A DNA stretch of 64,000 nucleotides from Lama guanicoe (taxonomy: Eukaryota), in the NCBI GenBank assembly GCA_013239625.1, contig MU054098.1:2853104-2917103 (forward strand), in the 5' to 3' direction. Of this stretch, positions 50,640 through 63,333 are shown piece after piece (within the stretch, counting starts at the first letter, position 1; every line of letters starts with the position of its first letter). The translations under genes and the position numbers were made by a program. The notes under the pieces are model-generated. The model did not search any database and was not told where the DNA came from. It worked only from the letters and a program-made list of their open reading frames with translations.

Positions 50640-51506
50640 TCACAGGGCTTTGCGGTGGTACTCAGCAGAAGCCACTTTATAATCACTGGCAGTAAACAGA
50701 GACGCAGCATTCTTTGCCAGGTATTTTAGGAAATCATGCAAATAGCCCAACAATAATGCAAGGCTCTTCTCATCAAGGGGCGTATACGCCAACATTGCTC
50801 CGATTCTCACAAATAATCTCAGTAGGTGTGGCGCCCCATAAACCTGGGACATTGGCGCATCAGGGTGAGCCAAGAGGATTTCGGCATACTGGGGCCTCTC
50901 AAATTTGTAGAGCAGCTGAGTGCCCAACATCACATTGAAATACTCTTTTATTCCTGCCACAACTTCATTAACTGCATACTCCTTATTATCAACATTTCCC
51001 TGCGATTTCTTGCAATTTGCATATTCTTCCAGGATAGCATCTACATTTTTCTTAGCAGGGAGCTGAAACAGCTGCTTCTGCCTGGTAACTAAGTCCCAGT
51101 CCTCAACAAGCCATGGTTTTAATTCTTCAGGAATCTTCACTTTAACTTCCATCCTATTCTTAAATGCCTCCTCACTCTCAACAGTGGGGTCTGCCCGGGC
51201 CCTTTTCTTCCGAGGTGGCTGAGGTGCTTCGCTGGTACTGCCACCATCTCCGTTTCCAGGGGTCTTCTGTTTATTCTTTCTTGTCTTCCTCACAGATCCC
51301 GAAGGGGGGTTCTCTGCAGAGCGACCCCCCCATCTGCCTGGGAGTGCTGCTTCCAGATTCTTCTGCTGTGGACCAGCTGCCTTCTTTCCCGAGGAGGCCC
51401 CTCTCATCTTACTTCTCTGCATATTGCTTCTAGTTGGTTTTTTGAAGTTGTCTTCTTCTGCAGATTGTTGTCCACGAGTTTGAGAACCCTGCTTTCTGGA
51501 ACTCAT
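50640..51506 (-). CDS. MORF4L2: Mortality factor 4-like protein 2 (MRGX), 288 aa, MRG domain, single coding exon
   Basis: MSSRKQGSQ...PRKKRARADPTVESEEAFKNRMEVKVKIPEELKPWLVEDWDL...YGAPHLLRLFVRIG...SAEYHRKAL is near-identical to MRGX as I recall it. Acceptor tattacag| at 51531/51530. Confidence 0.99.
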   Translation of the reverse strand: MSSRKQGSQTRGQQSAEEDNFKKPTRSNMQRSKMRGASSGKKAAGPQQKNLEAALPGRWGGRSAENPPSGSVRKTRKNKQKTPGNGDGGSTSEAPQPPRKKRARADPTVESEEAFKNRMEVKVKIPEELKPWLVEDWDLVTRQKQLFQLPAKKNVDAILEEYANCKKSQGNVDNKEYAVNEVVAGIKEYFNVMLGTQLLYKFERPQYAEILLAHPDAPMSQVYGAPHLLRLFVRIGAMLAYTPLDEKSLALLLGYLHDFLKYLAKNAASLFTASDYKVASAEYHRKAL

Positions 51507-51530
51507 TCAACCCTGTTTTTATTCCAACCA

Positions 51531-51745
51531 CTGTAATATACAAAGTATTTCACTTGGTTGTTTTCTATGGCGACCTTTAACAGAATGTGCTTCGTAAAGG
51601 CCCATCAAAGCACAGCACAGGCTACTCTCTTGGAGTTTGGATTTCAAATCCTATTTCAGGACCAATTAATTTTGACTTACTACCTCCTCCCTCTCTCTTT
51701 GATCCTCGCTACCACCCGCCCACTGTTCTCAGCCCACCCAATCAC
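51531..51745 (-). pseudogene. Degenerate MORF4L1-derived 5' UTR and chromo-barrel coding remnant (now intronic)
   Basis: Minus strand reads LVLK*DLKSKLQE / VLCFDGP / YEA / KVAIENNQVKYFVYYSGWNKN against MRG15 MAPKQDPKPKFQEGERVLCFHGPLLYEAKCVKVAIKDKQVKYFIHYSGWNKN. Confidence 0.9.
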
Positions 51746-51949
51746 TCATCAGACCTGCCCATAAACTAGCTTTTTGATGCCACTCAAAAGACAGGAAGAT
51801 AATCTTAGAGAAAGAATGAATTAAATGGAAAAGAAACTACAAAAGGCAGTGGAGTTGAAACTCAAGACTTCTGAACAGGAAAAATGACAAGATGAAAGAA
51901 AGAAAGATTAATTTAGGTGGCTGGAGGCAAAATAAATAATAGCAAAGAT

Positions 51950-52900
51950 TTTGGTCTAAGTCCAGGTAGGCCTGAACTAGGCTGATGACAGAGTCAAGAG
52001 AAACTGAATGCAGAACTTGGTAAATGAAGAAGAGGGAGGAGTCAAAGGTGATTCTGCAATTTTAAGCCTGGGTAATTAATGAATTACTAAAAGCACTAAT
52101 TTTTAATGGTTAGTTTGGAATTGGTAATAAAATAATAAGAAACAGGTAATTTATCCATTCAGTTAGTCATCATACATTACTGCTTATCTGCTTCGGGACA
52201 AGTACTAGACACTAGGGATTCAAATATCTGAAGTGATGATTATAAAACAACAAGGTTAGTACAGTGATAGTTACAGGCACAGAATATTTTGGGAGCAAAC
52301 ATATCACCACTTTTAGTGATAGCTTGTTGGAGGAGGTGATAAACTACTGAGGGATAAAGTCAGTGATGACTGCCAGGCTTTTGAGAATGGGTGATTTGGT
52401 TACATTGCTATCACCAAATGAGACTGCTTCTAGAGGAGGAGGAAAGGGGTTAGAGAGAAGTTCAGAACTAGATCGAGTAAGTGTGAGTACGCAGTTAAAC
52501 GAATGGCTTTTAACTTTAGGTGAGAGGTCAGAACCAGAAATGGAGATCTGAGAGCAATCATCATATAACTGGTAGCAGAAACTATAAGAGCCAATGAAAT
52601 CTTTCATGGAGAATAGAGGAAGAAAAACTGGACCAAGGATAGCATTCTGTAAACAACCTAAGAAAGAATGATATTTATGGGGTGAGTAGAGAGAGGCCAC
52701 AAATAAAACAAAAATGGTCAGAGCAGCCAGAATAGGAGAATGTTACGCTGGAAGCCAAGAAGTTGAAAGTTTCAAGAGGGAAAAGGGATGATCTACACTG
52801 TAAAAAGCAGCAGAGAGGGCTAGTAAGAGAAAAGATGAAAAAAATAGTGTTCTGTGATTCTTATGGTGTGACAGATTAAACAATTCCTTTGACTTACATA
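51950..52900 (-). mobile_element. L2 fragments
   Basis: gagggaggagtcaaaggtgattctgcaattttaagcctggg and ggtgagaggtcagaaccagaaatggagatctgagag are L2-like. Confidence 0.55.
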
Positions 52901-53751
52901 ATCCTCTTCCTTCCTTCCCTTCCAAGAACTCCTAGTGTTTTCCCAGATGGAATCCTATAGATCTTCTGGGATGGTCTGGAAAGATGAGGTGGGAGACACA
53001 ATCTACAAAGGAAAGCAGGCATTGGCAATGAAGATAAACTTCTGTGAAATACAGGAAAAAGAAAAGATAATCTAATTTAAAAACATGTGGTTTACAATTG
53101 TGATATCAGAGAAAATACATGAGCTCTGCTGTTAGACATACTTCAATTTGGCTCTGGCATTTATGGATTACGAGGATTTGGGCAAGATATGTAAGCTCTC
53201 TTAGCCTTTTATCGTTATCAATGGAATGTGGCAAATTATCCCTAGCCTTCACAGGTTCTTATTAAGAATTTCATAAATACGATCTGGCTGAACAGCTAGC
53301 ACTGTACCTTGCAGGAATACCTGCACATGTGAACACGGATACAAAGATGTTCACTGTAGTAGTGTTTGTAATACTGAAAAACTGGAAATACCTAAATTAT
53401 TCTTCAATAGCAAAATGGTAATGTAAATTGTTATGTATGCAGACTATGAAAGAACATTCAAATGAATTAAGCAGAGATCCATGTACTGATGTGAAAAGAG
53501 GTTCAATTATATACTATTAGGTAAACAGGCAAGTTGCATAGTAATGCGTATAACAGGATCCCAGAGAGAGCACAGGTGGAGGGACAAGCATTAGTCTTAG
53601 ATAGTTCTTACGAAGTGAGGTATGATTTCTGTTTTAAACTGATGTGTTTAAAAATACATAGGATAAACACCAGACCGTTAAAATCAGGGTAACCTCTGAG
53701 ATATGACGGTGGACCAGCATTAAACCAGGTTTAACTACAACTTTAACTCAC

Positions 53752-53813
53752 AGAAAAAGCCCTTTCACCAATCGCTAGCCCTTAAGATCACGTGAGCAGG
53801 TGTCACGGAATCC
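53752..53813 (-). other. MORF4L2: Probable MORF4L2 5' UTR exon (62 nt)
   Basis: cttatttccccttcag|ggattcc...gggctttttct|GTGAGT. Weaker candidate exons at 54009-54057 and 58549-58624. Confidence 0.55.
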
Positions 53814-56800
53814 CTGAAGGGGAAATAAGAGGTAAGAAATGTTAGAACACTAGCGCCCTGAATCAGGGAAGCCAGTTGTTGGGAAGAGAGGACTGGGTGC
53901 TTCCCCTAAGCAAATGCTATCTAACTGACAGAATGCAAAGCTTTCATCAGAAATCAGAGCAAAGGTGCTGCCCGGAGAGCATCAAAATCTGTGAATACAC
54001 ATACTGACCCTGTGGGAATCAGAAACCTTCTGGCTGAGATTGCTGTATAGACACATTCTGTGAAGGATCAGAGTGGCCAGTGTCATGGCACTATAAGCTA
54101 TCAGGCTTACAAAATAATTTCTAAAAAAAATTGTTTCTGGGACAGAGTGGGCACGGTATCTGAGAATATAGTTAAACAATACAGGTGAAATCCAGAAAAC
54201 CCACCTCGGGGCTAATAATGGGCAGAGCTTCCACAAAACAAGGGGACAGTTAAAATACCAACTCAAAAAAGCAAGTCGACCCAGTGCCAAGCAGACTGTA
54301 AAACATGCAGAAGTAGAGCCAGGCGACATAGGAAGTATTCTGGAAGTTGCACTGGTCATCAGCAATTCCTCAGTGAGGAATCTGAGAATGATAGCTGAAC
54401 CTACTGTATATCCTTGGCATCGACTACATATATTTATGCATAAGAAAACTACAAAAAAATTCTAATTGGTTCTCATTAAGTGGGTTTCATTATTCTCTAC
54501 AAATTCTATTATTCATATAAAGTTCCAAGTTAAATGAAACATCTGACACTGTACCTAAAAATACCTGCACTATGAGTAAGGTCTGTGCCCAGACTAAAGC
54601 CAGGGAAGCAGCCTTTCTGTCTCAGTACCTTAATTTTCATCTGAGTTCCTTACCAATAAAGCAACTATTACTACCTGGAGTCAGAAGCCAGACATCAAAG
54701 GAGGGGAAGACCCATCCTTTTGATGTCTGGCTCCTACTTGTAATATGAATTTATGGGTAGCTTTACTAGGGTCACGGGACTTTGTACCTCCCTTCCTGGC
54801 TCCATGGCTCTGTGACAGATGTGCTGTGCACATTCATTAGAAACGTTAGCACTATATATTGCTTTCAGCGGTTTTAAACTTCGAATCTGCCAGTTTCTGA
54901 CTTTAACATCGTTTACTGGCTTAGTATACCTACTCTACTCTAGCACACTTCCTCCCTTTGTCTCCCTCATCTAAATACCACGTCCCATTTCCTCTTCAAA
55001 TTTCCTAACTACTCTAGCCTGTTTCTTTCCCATCTCCAATACCACATGAAGCCGACCTTAGTACTCTAGGGCTTAGTATTTATTTAAATGTTTCACGTGT
55101 TACTTTCGCTTATGGAACTACATTAATCTCCACTTGCCATGTCTTGTGTAATATACCTCTTGCACTTTCTGCAACAGCACTTTGGTCCTGGTGGGTATAC
55201 ACTAGTGGATCAGTGAGGTGATTTTAACACATGGGAAAATGGAGAAACAAATTAGGGACAAATGTCATCAAATATTTCCCACTTACAGGTCAGCTCTAGG
55301 GTAGGCCATATACTGAGAAAACACATTTATATATTAACCTTAGTTTTCTATCTTCAATGTCTGTGTAAATAGTCAATTCAAAGAGGTAACTTCATCCTGG
55401 TAGCAAATCTTAGATCCTCACTTAAAAAAAAAAAGTTGTTCTCATTTCCTCATGTTAGTGAAGTCATAATATGCACACATCTTGAGAGCTGTAGGATATT
55501 CCACCAAATGGGCATACTTTAACCACCCTCTCTGGACAGTGACCGCCCCCATTCAATTTATCCTGTAATATTAAAATATTTGTAGCCTTCATTTCGTATT
55601 ATCCCTTTGAGTCCCAGACACAGGTTTAGTAGGCTAAGAGGCAATTTTACATTGCCAAGTTACTTCCCCTGAGGTTGCACAACCTCACAGCTCTGGTCAG
55701 AACTGGCTATTAAAAAAATTTGTAAATTTGCTAAGGAGAATGGGTTTATCTATTCAGCTTGTACTTTTTATTAGTGGTTCTGACATTTTAAGAGTGTTTA
55801 CTGGTCAGTTATAGTTTGCCTCTTGTCCTTTACGCATTAATTTTAAGTTGGTTCTTAATGAATTTTTTATGAGTTGTTTATCAGTTGTCATACCTGAGTA
55901 AATATATTCCCTAGTTTGTTTATAGTGGCTTGTAAGACTTTAAGTTTTACATGATAAAACATGTAGTTTTTCCTTCCACTAAGCTTAAAAAAAATTAAGA
56001 TGACATTTAAATGGATTTGCTTATATTTTAATTCCAATTCACCCAGAAATTTAAGTCATGAACTAAAAACCTATTATTTCCCCAAGTAATTAATTTTGTG
56101 GTATCATTAATACTCCCTTTACATACCTATAAATACCAAGTTCTCCCCTCCCCACCTCAACCCGAGTGTATATGCTTTCAAATCTTTTCATGTACACATT
56201 CACACAAAAAACCACCTTTAAAACTAAATGTGTATATTATATACATATGTGAATATGTATCATTTATTTACATGTCTTGACAAAGGTGAGATACGTATTG
56301 CTCCCCTTTTCTCACTTAAACAATGGGCATCTATGTCCACACATACCTAGCTCATTCCTATTAATACCCACATCATTCTATAATCTGCATGTAACATAAT
56401 TTAACCAGTCTCATATTAATGAACATTTAGGTTGTTTCCAATACTTCATTATTACAGAAATGCTGTACCAGACATCAGTGTGCAAATATATTAGCACATT
56501 AGGTAAGTATCTCAGGACATATTCTCAGCAGTGGAACTGCTCAGAGGATTTGCTTATTTACAGCTTTGATGACACAGAGGCAAATTTAATTTTTAAAAAT
56601 GTAAACGTTCATTCACCCACACCTTCAGTAACACTGGATAAACATCTTTTTGAAAAAAAAAAAAACTGGGGGGGATCTAAAATGTAGCAAGTTATTTTTA
56701 TTTGAATTTGTGTGATATTGAGCATATTTTCAGACATCTGTATGTATCTTTTTCTTATGTAAATACCTTTGTTCCCATGTCTACTAGGGTGATTTGCTTC

Positions 56801-58789
56801 TTTTATAAACTTCTAATAATTAAATAGTAAGTTTTTTTCCTTTGTTAGAAATATTTTTCCTCAATGGTCATTTTTCTAATTGGGCCTGTGTGTGTGCATA
56901 AAAACCACAAATGTGTCAACCTTTTCCTCCACGAACTTTGACATGTCATGCCTAGAGAAATGCTCCCAAATCAATATTCTAAAAATTTCCTGTGTTATTT
57001 CTTGGCATTTTTTTAGTTTCTTTCAAATATGTAACTATTTTTTCCTAATAATTAGTCCCTTTCCCTACTGATTTGAATTGCTATTTTATAACATTCTAAA
57101 TTCCTAGGTATATAAGTTTTTTAAGATACTCTTTTCCCAATGATTTTTGATTATTCAATTTTTAAAGATATCACTGATTCTAAGTCACCTGTTCTGTCAC
57201 AGCAAGGTCTGTTCTCACACCAGTATCACACTGGTTTCATTATCATAGTTTAAATAAAATATTGCCCTGGAATAACACTTGTAAATGGGTTCCAAGGATG
57301 TTTGATGCAGTATTATTTGAAACAGTAAAACACTGGAGTTAATGTAGAGGACTACCAATAGTGATTTGGCAAAAATAAAACATGGTTTATCCATTATGTG
57401 GAATATGCCAGTTAAAGGATTGCCACTGGGAATGGAATCAAATAGAACTCTATGAATGGACATGAAGACATCTAAGACAATTTGTTGAATAAAAACAGCA
57501 AGCTGCAAAACAATACCTATAGTGTGACACCACATTTATGTGAAAGAAAACACAAAACAGTATTTTATATACATATCCATATACATTTTTTGAACAGGTA
57601 CATCATTTAGAGATTTAGAAGGAAATATAGCTAATAGTGGTTACCTCTGCGGAGAGTAAGAGAATTGGGGGTGGTGAAAAAAGGTAATTCGAGCCTAATC
57701 CGTATTATTTTAACTTTTCACATTACTAGGAGACTGTATTCACATATCATTATGACTAAATACTTATATTAAAATACACGTATTTAAAATTCATGATTTT
57801 CAAATCTATTCTTATCCATGGTTCTCACACACAGCTGGACTTTTCAGTTAATTTTCACTGTGTAACATATACTTTGTAGGCATTAACATCTGAACTGGTT
57901 TCTTTCCCCACTTCTAGGTTCTGCCCACTTCAGAGGCCCAGGTCAAGGTCCTTTCCCTCCTTGAGGCTTTTTCCATTTCAGGCTACTTTGGCCTTTGCCT
58001 TCTCTGAGCTCCTATTGGCCTAACAGTCCACCTCCCCCACCTTTTGCCTTTAATCATTCTCCAAATGGCCTCCCGTAAAGGAGTTCTATGCCTAACCATT
58101 TACTGCATCTTTTCCACCAGGGCAGTACCCTCCTCTGCAATCTAGCTTTCAGAAGAAAAAAAAAAAAAGTAAAATATAGTGACTCCATGGGAAAATAAGG
58201 CTGTCAAGAGTCTGAAAAACCTTCCTTCATCTCCTCATGCAACTGATGGGTCATTCAGGAATGCAGACTCCAGATGCTACCATTTTTGTGTATGGGTCTA
58301 TCACAAATGAGTGGGAACATTTCCTACAGTTTGCTGGAATAACCTTTAAGTGCATATACATCATGTCAGTTACATTTATACCAATTCTGGATCTTGGAAC
58401 ACTTCCTTTATGTTTAACAGGTATTTTATGAGTCTGAGACAAAGGAGGAATGATATAAAAACTGTTAGCAGACTGAATATGGTTATGATTTGCTAGTTAA
58501 AATTGTAGTTCCTGGAAATTCCCTTTTAAATAAATATGATCAACATACTCAGTATCTTCCTAGATTGTTAGGATAAGCCAGAAGTTATAATCTCAGAATT
58601 CAGTTCTAGTGGTAACTGCTGCTTCTGGAAAATCAGGAGAGAAACCAACAGTATTATTATTATTATTATTAATAATAACTCCAAAAAGAGGTATCCTGCT
58701 TTTATTAGTGTAAGAGTGTGCATGTGCACGCATGTGTGTGTGTGTAACACAAGATGTACCAGAAGGACTAATAGAGCCATAATAATTAG

Positions 58790-59000
58790 TAAAGCAAACA
58801 CTTATATGTGCCAAGCAATGTCTTGGTACTTTACATGTGATCCTGTCAATGATCCTACAAAGTAGGAACTATTATTATCTTTATTTTACAGATGAGGAAA
58901 TTTAGAGACAAAGTGAGTAAGTACCTTGGCCAGGATCACACAGTAAGTGGCAGAGCCAGGATTTAAGTTCAGAATGTCAGTATTTGCTCTTAACCACTAA
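58790..59000 (-). mobile_element. MIR
   Basis: ttttacagatgaggaaa...ggatcacacagtaagtggcagagccaggattt...gctcttaaccact. Confidence 0.8.
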
Positions 59001-59295
59001 ATTATGCTGCATACGGGATGCCACAAAGAAAACAAAATAGGGATGTATGGAGCTAACTATAGGGAGTCAATTATAGCATCTTTTATCAAGGAATGTAAGA
59101 TGACATAGCCCTCTTATTTAGGCACTTTTTATACTGGAAGCACAAATGGACTTAGCTCCATCTTTCCTTTCTTAGACTGTAGAGTGCTTTCCTAGATAGG
59201 TGCTTATTAATCCTCAAAATATTCCTGGACAGTTAGGACAGTTATGTGGAATTATTTTGTCTGAGAACAGAGGCCAGGAGAAGGGAGGCACTTAC

Positions 59296-59385
59296 CCAAG
59301 ATTCCGTAATCAGGGATGGTTCTGCAATCAGGACCAGACCTTCTGATCCTTACTACACAGCAAACTCAGCTTTTCTGATGGTAGC
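59296..59385 (-). other. MORF4L2: Probable MORF4L2 5' UTR exon (90 nt), overlapping a MIR-like sequence
   Basis: gtttgaccttctag|gctaccatcagaaaagc...ggaatcttgg|GTAAGT. Resembles the human MORF4L2 5' UTR as I recall it. Confidence 0.7.
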
Positions 59386-60789
59386 CTAGAAGGTCAAACA
59401 AGGGGACAGAAAAGGACATAAAATAAAAAGATATAAGATAACGGTTTCCTTCTCCATCAATGTATTTTATCACACACAAAGGACACCAAAGCTGATAAAT
59501 AATGTACAAGTGTTTTTTTTTCTTTCTTGTGGTTATACTTTCTAATTTACCTTGTTGTATATTCACCCTGATTTTTGATAAGGTAATGTTTTCTTGACTT
59601 TTTATTAAGGATAATTTCAAATGGATAAAAATGTGGAGGGAATAATATTATAAACCTGTGCGAATCTATCACCCAGCTTCAACAATTACCAACTGAAGGC
59701 CATCTTGTTTTATCTGTAACCCCACCCACTGCTCCCCCCACCTCCGTTTTTTTAAAGCTCATTTTCTGTATTTTATTACGGAAAATTTCAAACATATACC
59801 AAGGAAGGCAGAATAATAGAAAGGAATTCCCTATGCCCATCACTCAGCTAAAACGATTAACTTAGGGCCAATTTTGTTTCATCTATACCCCTCCCCACTT
59901 CCCCCTACCGCTGAGATTATTTTGAAGCAAATTCTAGGCATCAACGTATTTGGAAGCCAATCTCAGAAATCTTATTATTTAATCCGTAAGTGTTTTCGTA
60001 TATATCTCTACAAGCTAAAGACAATTTGAAAACATAACCAAAATACCACTATAACGTCTAAAAAAATCGACATCAATTCCTGAAAAAACAACAAAAATCG
60101 AATCCGTCTTCAAAATTTCCCGATGCATCTTAAACAGCTTTTAAAATAGTTGATGTATCCGAATCAGGACCCAAACAAGGCCTACTCATCGCATGTGGTT
60201 CATCTCCAGCTCGCTCTCATTCTCCATCTCTCCCCACCCCCCCACCGCTTTTTTTTTTAACTTTTCAATATGGAAAATTCCAATCTCCGCTATTTTGAGC
60301 TAATTCCCAAATAAATTATTTCATCGGTAAAGTCTGATACGTCTCTCTTATATCTCGAATTCCTTCTAGGTAAGGAGGTGATGGATAGGAAAAGCGCTGT
60401 AACGAACGACTTTACATAATTTGTTTCTTCTCATTCTATTACGCGGGTTTTTCTCTCCACAATAATGGCTAATATCATCCGGAGCCAGGCTTCATATTAA
60501 GTTATTATACGTATTATATTATATTACTTCGCATTAGTACATTATACGCATTAATTTGCAGCACACGCCTCTGAGGCACACGTCTCTAAGGTAGATACTA
60601 TTATTATCACCATTTTACAAACATGGAAACCGAGACACAGAAAGAACAGGAGCCAGCCCAAGCTGGGCGTTGGCGACTAGGAATTTGAATCTAGCTCTGC
60701 CCGATTGTGAAGCCACTAGTTAATCTTGTCTACATACGCGACGATAAGAGGAAATCGTCAACCCTTTCTCCCCACCCCCACCCCGAAAC

Positions 60790-61700
60790 CTGAAACGAGA
60801 ATCCAGTTCTTTCCAGCAGCCGACGTGTGATCACTGCCGACCCTCCAACCGCCATAGTAAAGACAGGTTTCTCTGGCAACTGATATCCATAGGCAGACAC
60901 GTCACCCTGGAGGCGGGCTTATACCCTTCAGCCAATCACAATCGTCTTCTCCAAGTTTTAGAATGTTCCATAACCAAATGATTGGACGAAGCGCACCACG
61001 TCAGCAATGACACTCCGCCGCAGTAAAGGCGGGTGCTAGCAACCTGCTTCTTCACCGTTAAGGCTTGAAGCAAACCAATCACCTTCCTCCTTTAGTGCGC
61101 GCTCTGGCCAATGAAGTTCGCCCTCTTAGGTTCTTAGCCCGCCCTAAAAAAGCGCGACAGCCGTTGGGTCATAAGTCTATAGGGCAGGGTGTTCACGTGG
61201 CCAACTTTCACGACCCAGAGTTCCCCTGACCAGAGGTTTTTTTTTTCCTTTTTTTTTTCCTGCAGGGAGGCATTATGGGTTTTTTTTTTTCCACTGGGAA
61301 AGGAAGTGTCTACGTGGCCTGCGGAAACAGGATGGGCGGAAATGAGCTAAGGTTCCCGCGAGTGGGGAAGCGCGAGGTCAAATCTGGGGCCACGCCCCCG
61401 AGCCTCTTGCGCAACTATCGGAGGTAAAAAAAAAAAAAGGCAGAACTAGGGGTTTTGATGTGTGTGCTAGCGGGGGCGGGCGGGAGTACTGCGGGCGCGC
61501 TGTGTCAGGGCGAGTGCGTCTGTGCGCAGGCGAGCCCGCGAGGCCTTGGCGTTGGCGTGTGCGCGAACGCCAGGCATCGTGGCGCTGGAGGCGGCGGGTG
61601 TGCGCAGGCGTGCGCCCCTAGCGTTGGGGCCGGTGTGTGTCTCGGAGCGGGTGCGTGCGCGAGTGTGCGCGCGCGCGCGCGCGCGTTCTATACCGATCGT
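60790..61700 (-). promoter_or_regulatory. MORF4L2: MORF4L2 CpG-island promoter and first exon(s)
   Basis: CpG-rich. Four CCAAT boxes (60932, 60981, 61075, 61108), TGACGTG motifs, E-box at 61194, GC boxes. Donor TTTCAG|GTTTCG at 60790/60789. Confidence 0.8.
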
Positions 61701-63084
61701 TTTCTACTTTTGTATATGTTTGAAAATTGTTGAAATGAAAAGGAAAATAATTAAATAAGTAAGGCAAGGCGACCATAACTGAGATTAAGTCTTTGCGAGA
61801 AATATTTCGGTCTCCTTTGTCGATTTAATTTTAGACCCGAAAAATACACTTTATTCCCACGTTTTTCTCCGTGACGAAATCCCGTTCTAAACCCTGGCCC
61901 TCCGGTGATTAAGAGTCAAAACCCTTCCATTCCCGTATTAGCAATTCCAAGAAACAGCTTCTTTCCTGTTCCCTATTAGCCTTTCCCCCTTCCTCGCTCC
62001 CTCCCCCTACCCCAAGTTGCGTTCAGTTCCCCTGGCACAAGCAGAATGTTCTGCTGAGAATATCTATATAACGACAGACTTCCCCTTCACTAAGGACTCC
62101 AAATTTCTTTGGGGGCTTAGGCTCTCTTACCTTTTGGTCCAGATCTCCAGCAGAATGCTCTTCAGGCAAGTACGCACTCAGTTAATTTTCCAGAAAGTTC
62201 GCTGGGTGAGGTTTATACCTTTTGAGTCTGCCACTAGATGCCGCCAAATTCCAGCAAAGGATTGGCTGTTTGGTCCCTGGAATTATGGGATTCACCCCCC
62301 ACCCCCTTTTCCTGATTTGCTGAACTGTCCAATCTATAGAGATCATATATATCTTTCATTGCTGGGGGAAAATCAAATTAACTTATGTTCATAGCCCTAC
62401 CAAGCAGGGGACTATGTCCCTAGATTCAAATGTTTTGCCATGTTTCTTTACTTCTTAAAAAAAAAAAGCTCCCCTCCCCATCCCTCTCTTCTTTCTTCCT
62501 TGACTTTTGGGGACGGGGGTCAGAATTGATGAATGACCCCAAGCACTGATCCTGATGAAGATCCTAACCCTTTCTGTGGGATCTTCTCTTCAAATGCTTC
62601 CACTCACCCTCCTCACCCCCCAAAGGGAAAATAGAGATGGCTCTATAGTCAGTAAAGACATTTGTCTTTACTGGACTTGGACCCTGGTATTAAAAACTGA
62701 TCTTCTTTTCCTCTTGAAATTATGATTAGCTATGGGTGTTTCCACCATGTTTTCTGTGCTAGTACTATTAAGCTTTATTATGTTTTTGTAGTCAGAGGCC
62801 TAACTTTAAACCCCATTCCATCACTTACTAGTTCTGAGACCCTGGGATTTATGTTCTGTGATCCTCAGTTTTTGTGCATGCTTGCTATATTTTAGATGCT
62901 GTGTCATATCTTTCACATGGATGTTCTTTTATTCTTCACAAAATCTATATTAGGTGGATACTGATAAATAAGTATCAAACAACAAAAGTTATCTCTCTTT
63001 CAGTTATCAATCTTATACATGTGTGCATGCAGGCACCTGTGTGCTCAGGAAACACACACACACACAGTAGGGCGGGATTTAGAG

Positions 63085-63278
63085 CAGTGGTTCTCAAAGT
63101 ATGTTTCCCAGGCACACCAATAGCATCATTATCACTTTTTGGGAAGTTGTCAGAAATTTAGATTCTCAGGCCTTACCTCCAAGCTAATTAATCAGAACGT
63201 CTAGGAGTAGGGTTTGGCTATCTGTGTTTGAACAAACTGTTCTGGTAATTTTAATGTACACTGAAGTTAAAAGCACTG
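63085..63278. mobile_element. MER5A (hAT-Charlie MITE)
   Basis: cagtggttctcaaagt...agattctcaggcc...aatcagaa...tctgtgtttgaacaa...aagcactg. Confidence 0.75.
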
Positions 63279-63310
63279 CTTTGGAAGGCAGAAATACAAT
63301 GCTTATTTTT

Positions 63311-63333
63311 GCACCCTCCACTAGAGGGTGCTA
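63311..63333 (+). promoter_or_regulatory. Candidate CTCF site
   Basis: CCACTAGAGGGTGCTA, one C>T change from the consensus CCACTAGAGGGCGCTA. Confidence 0.5.

Noticed and set aside
60790..61700. MORF4L2 promoter as a recycled TCEAL-type promoter of cassette 3
   Set aside because: I could not find the cagaaaatggtg motif or other homology to the TCEAL1 island.
62231..62244. CTCF-like CCACTAGATGCCGC
   Set aside because: Mismatch at a highly conserved G.
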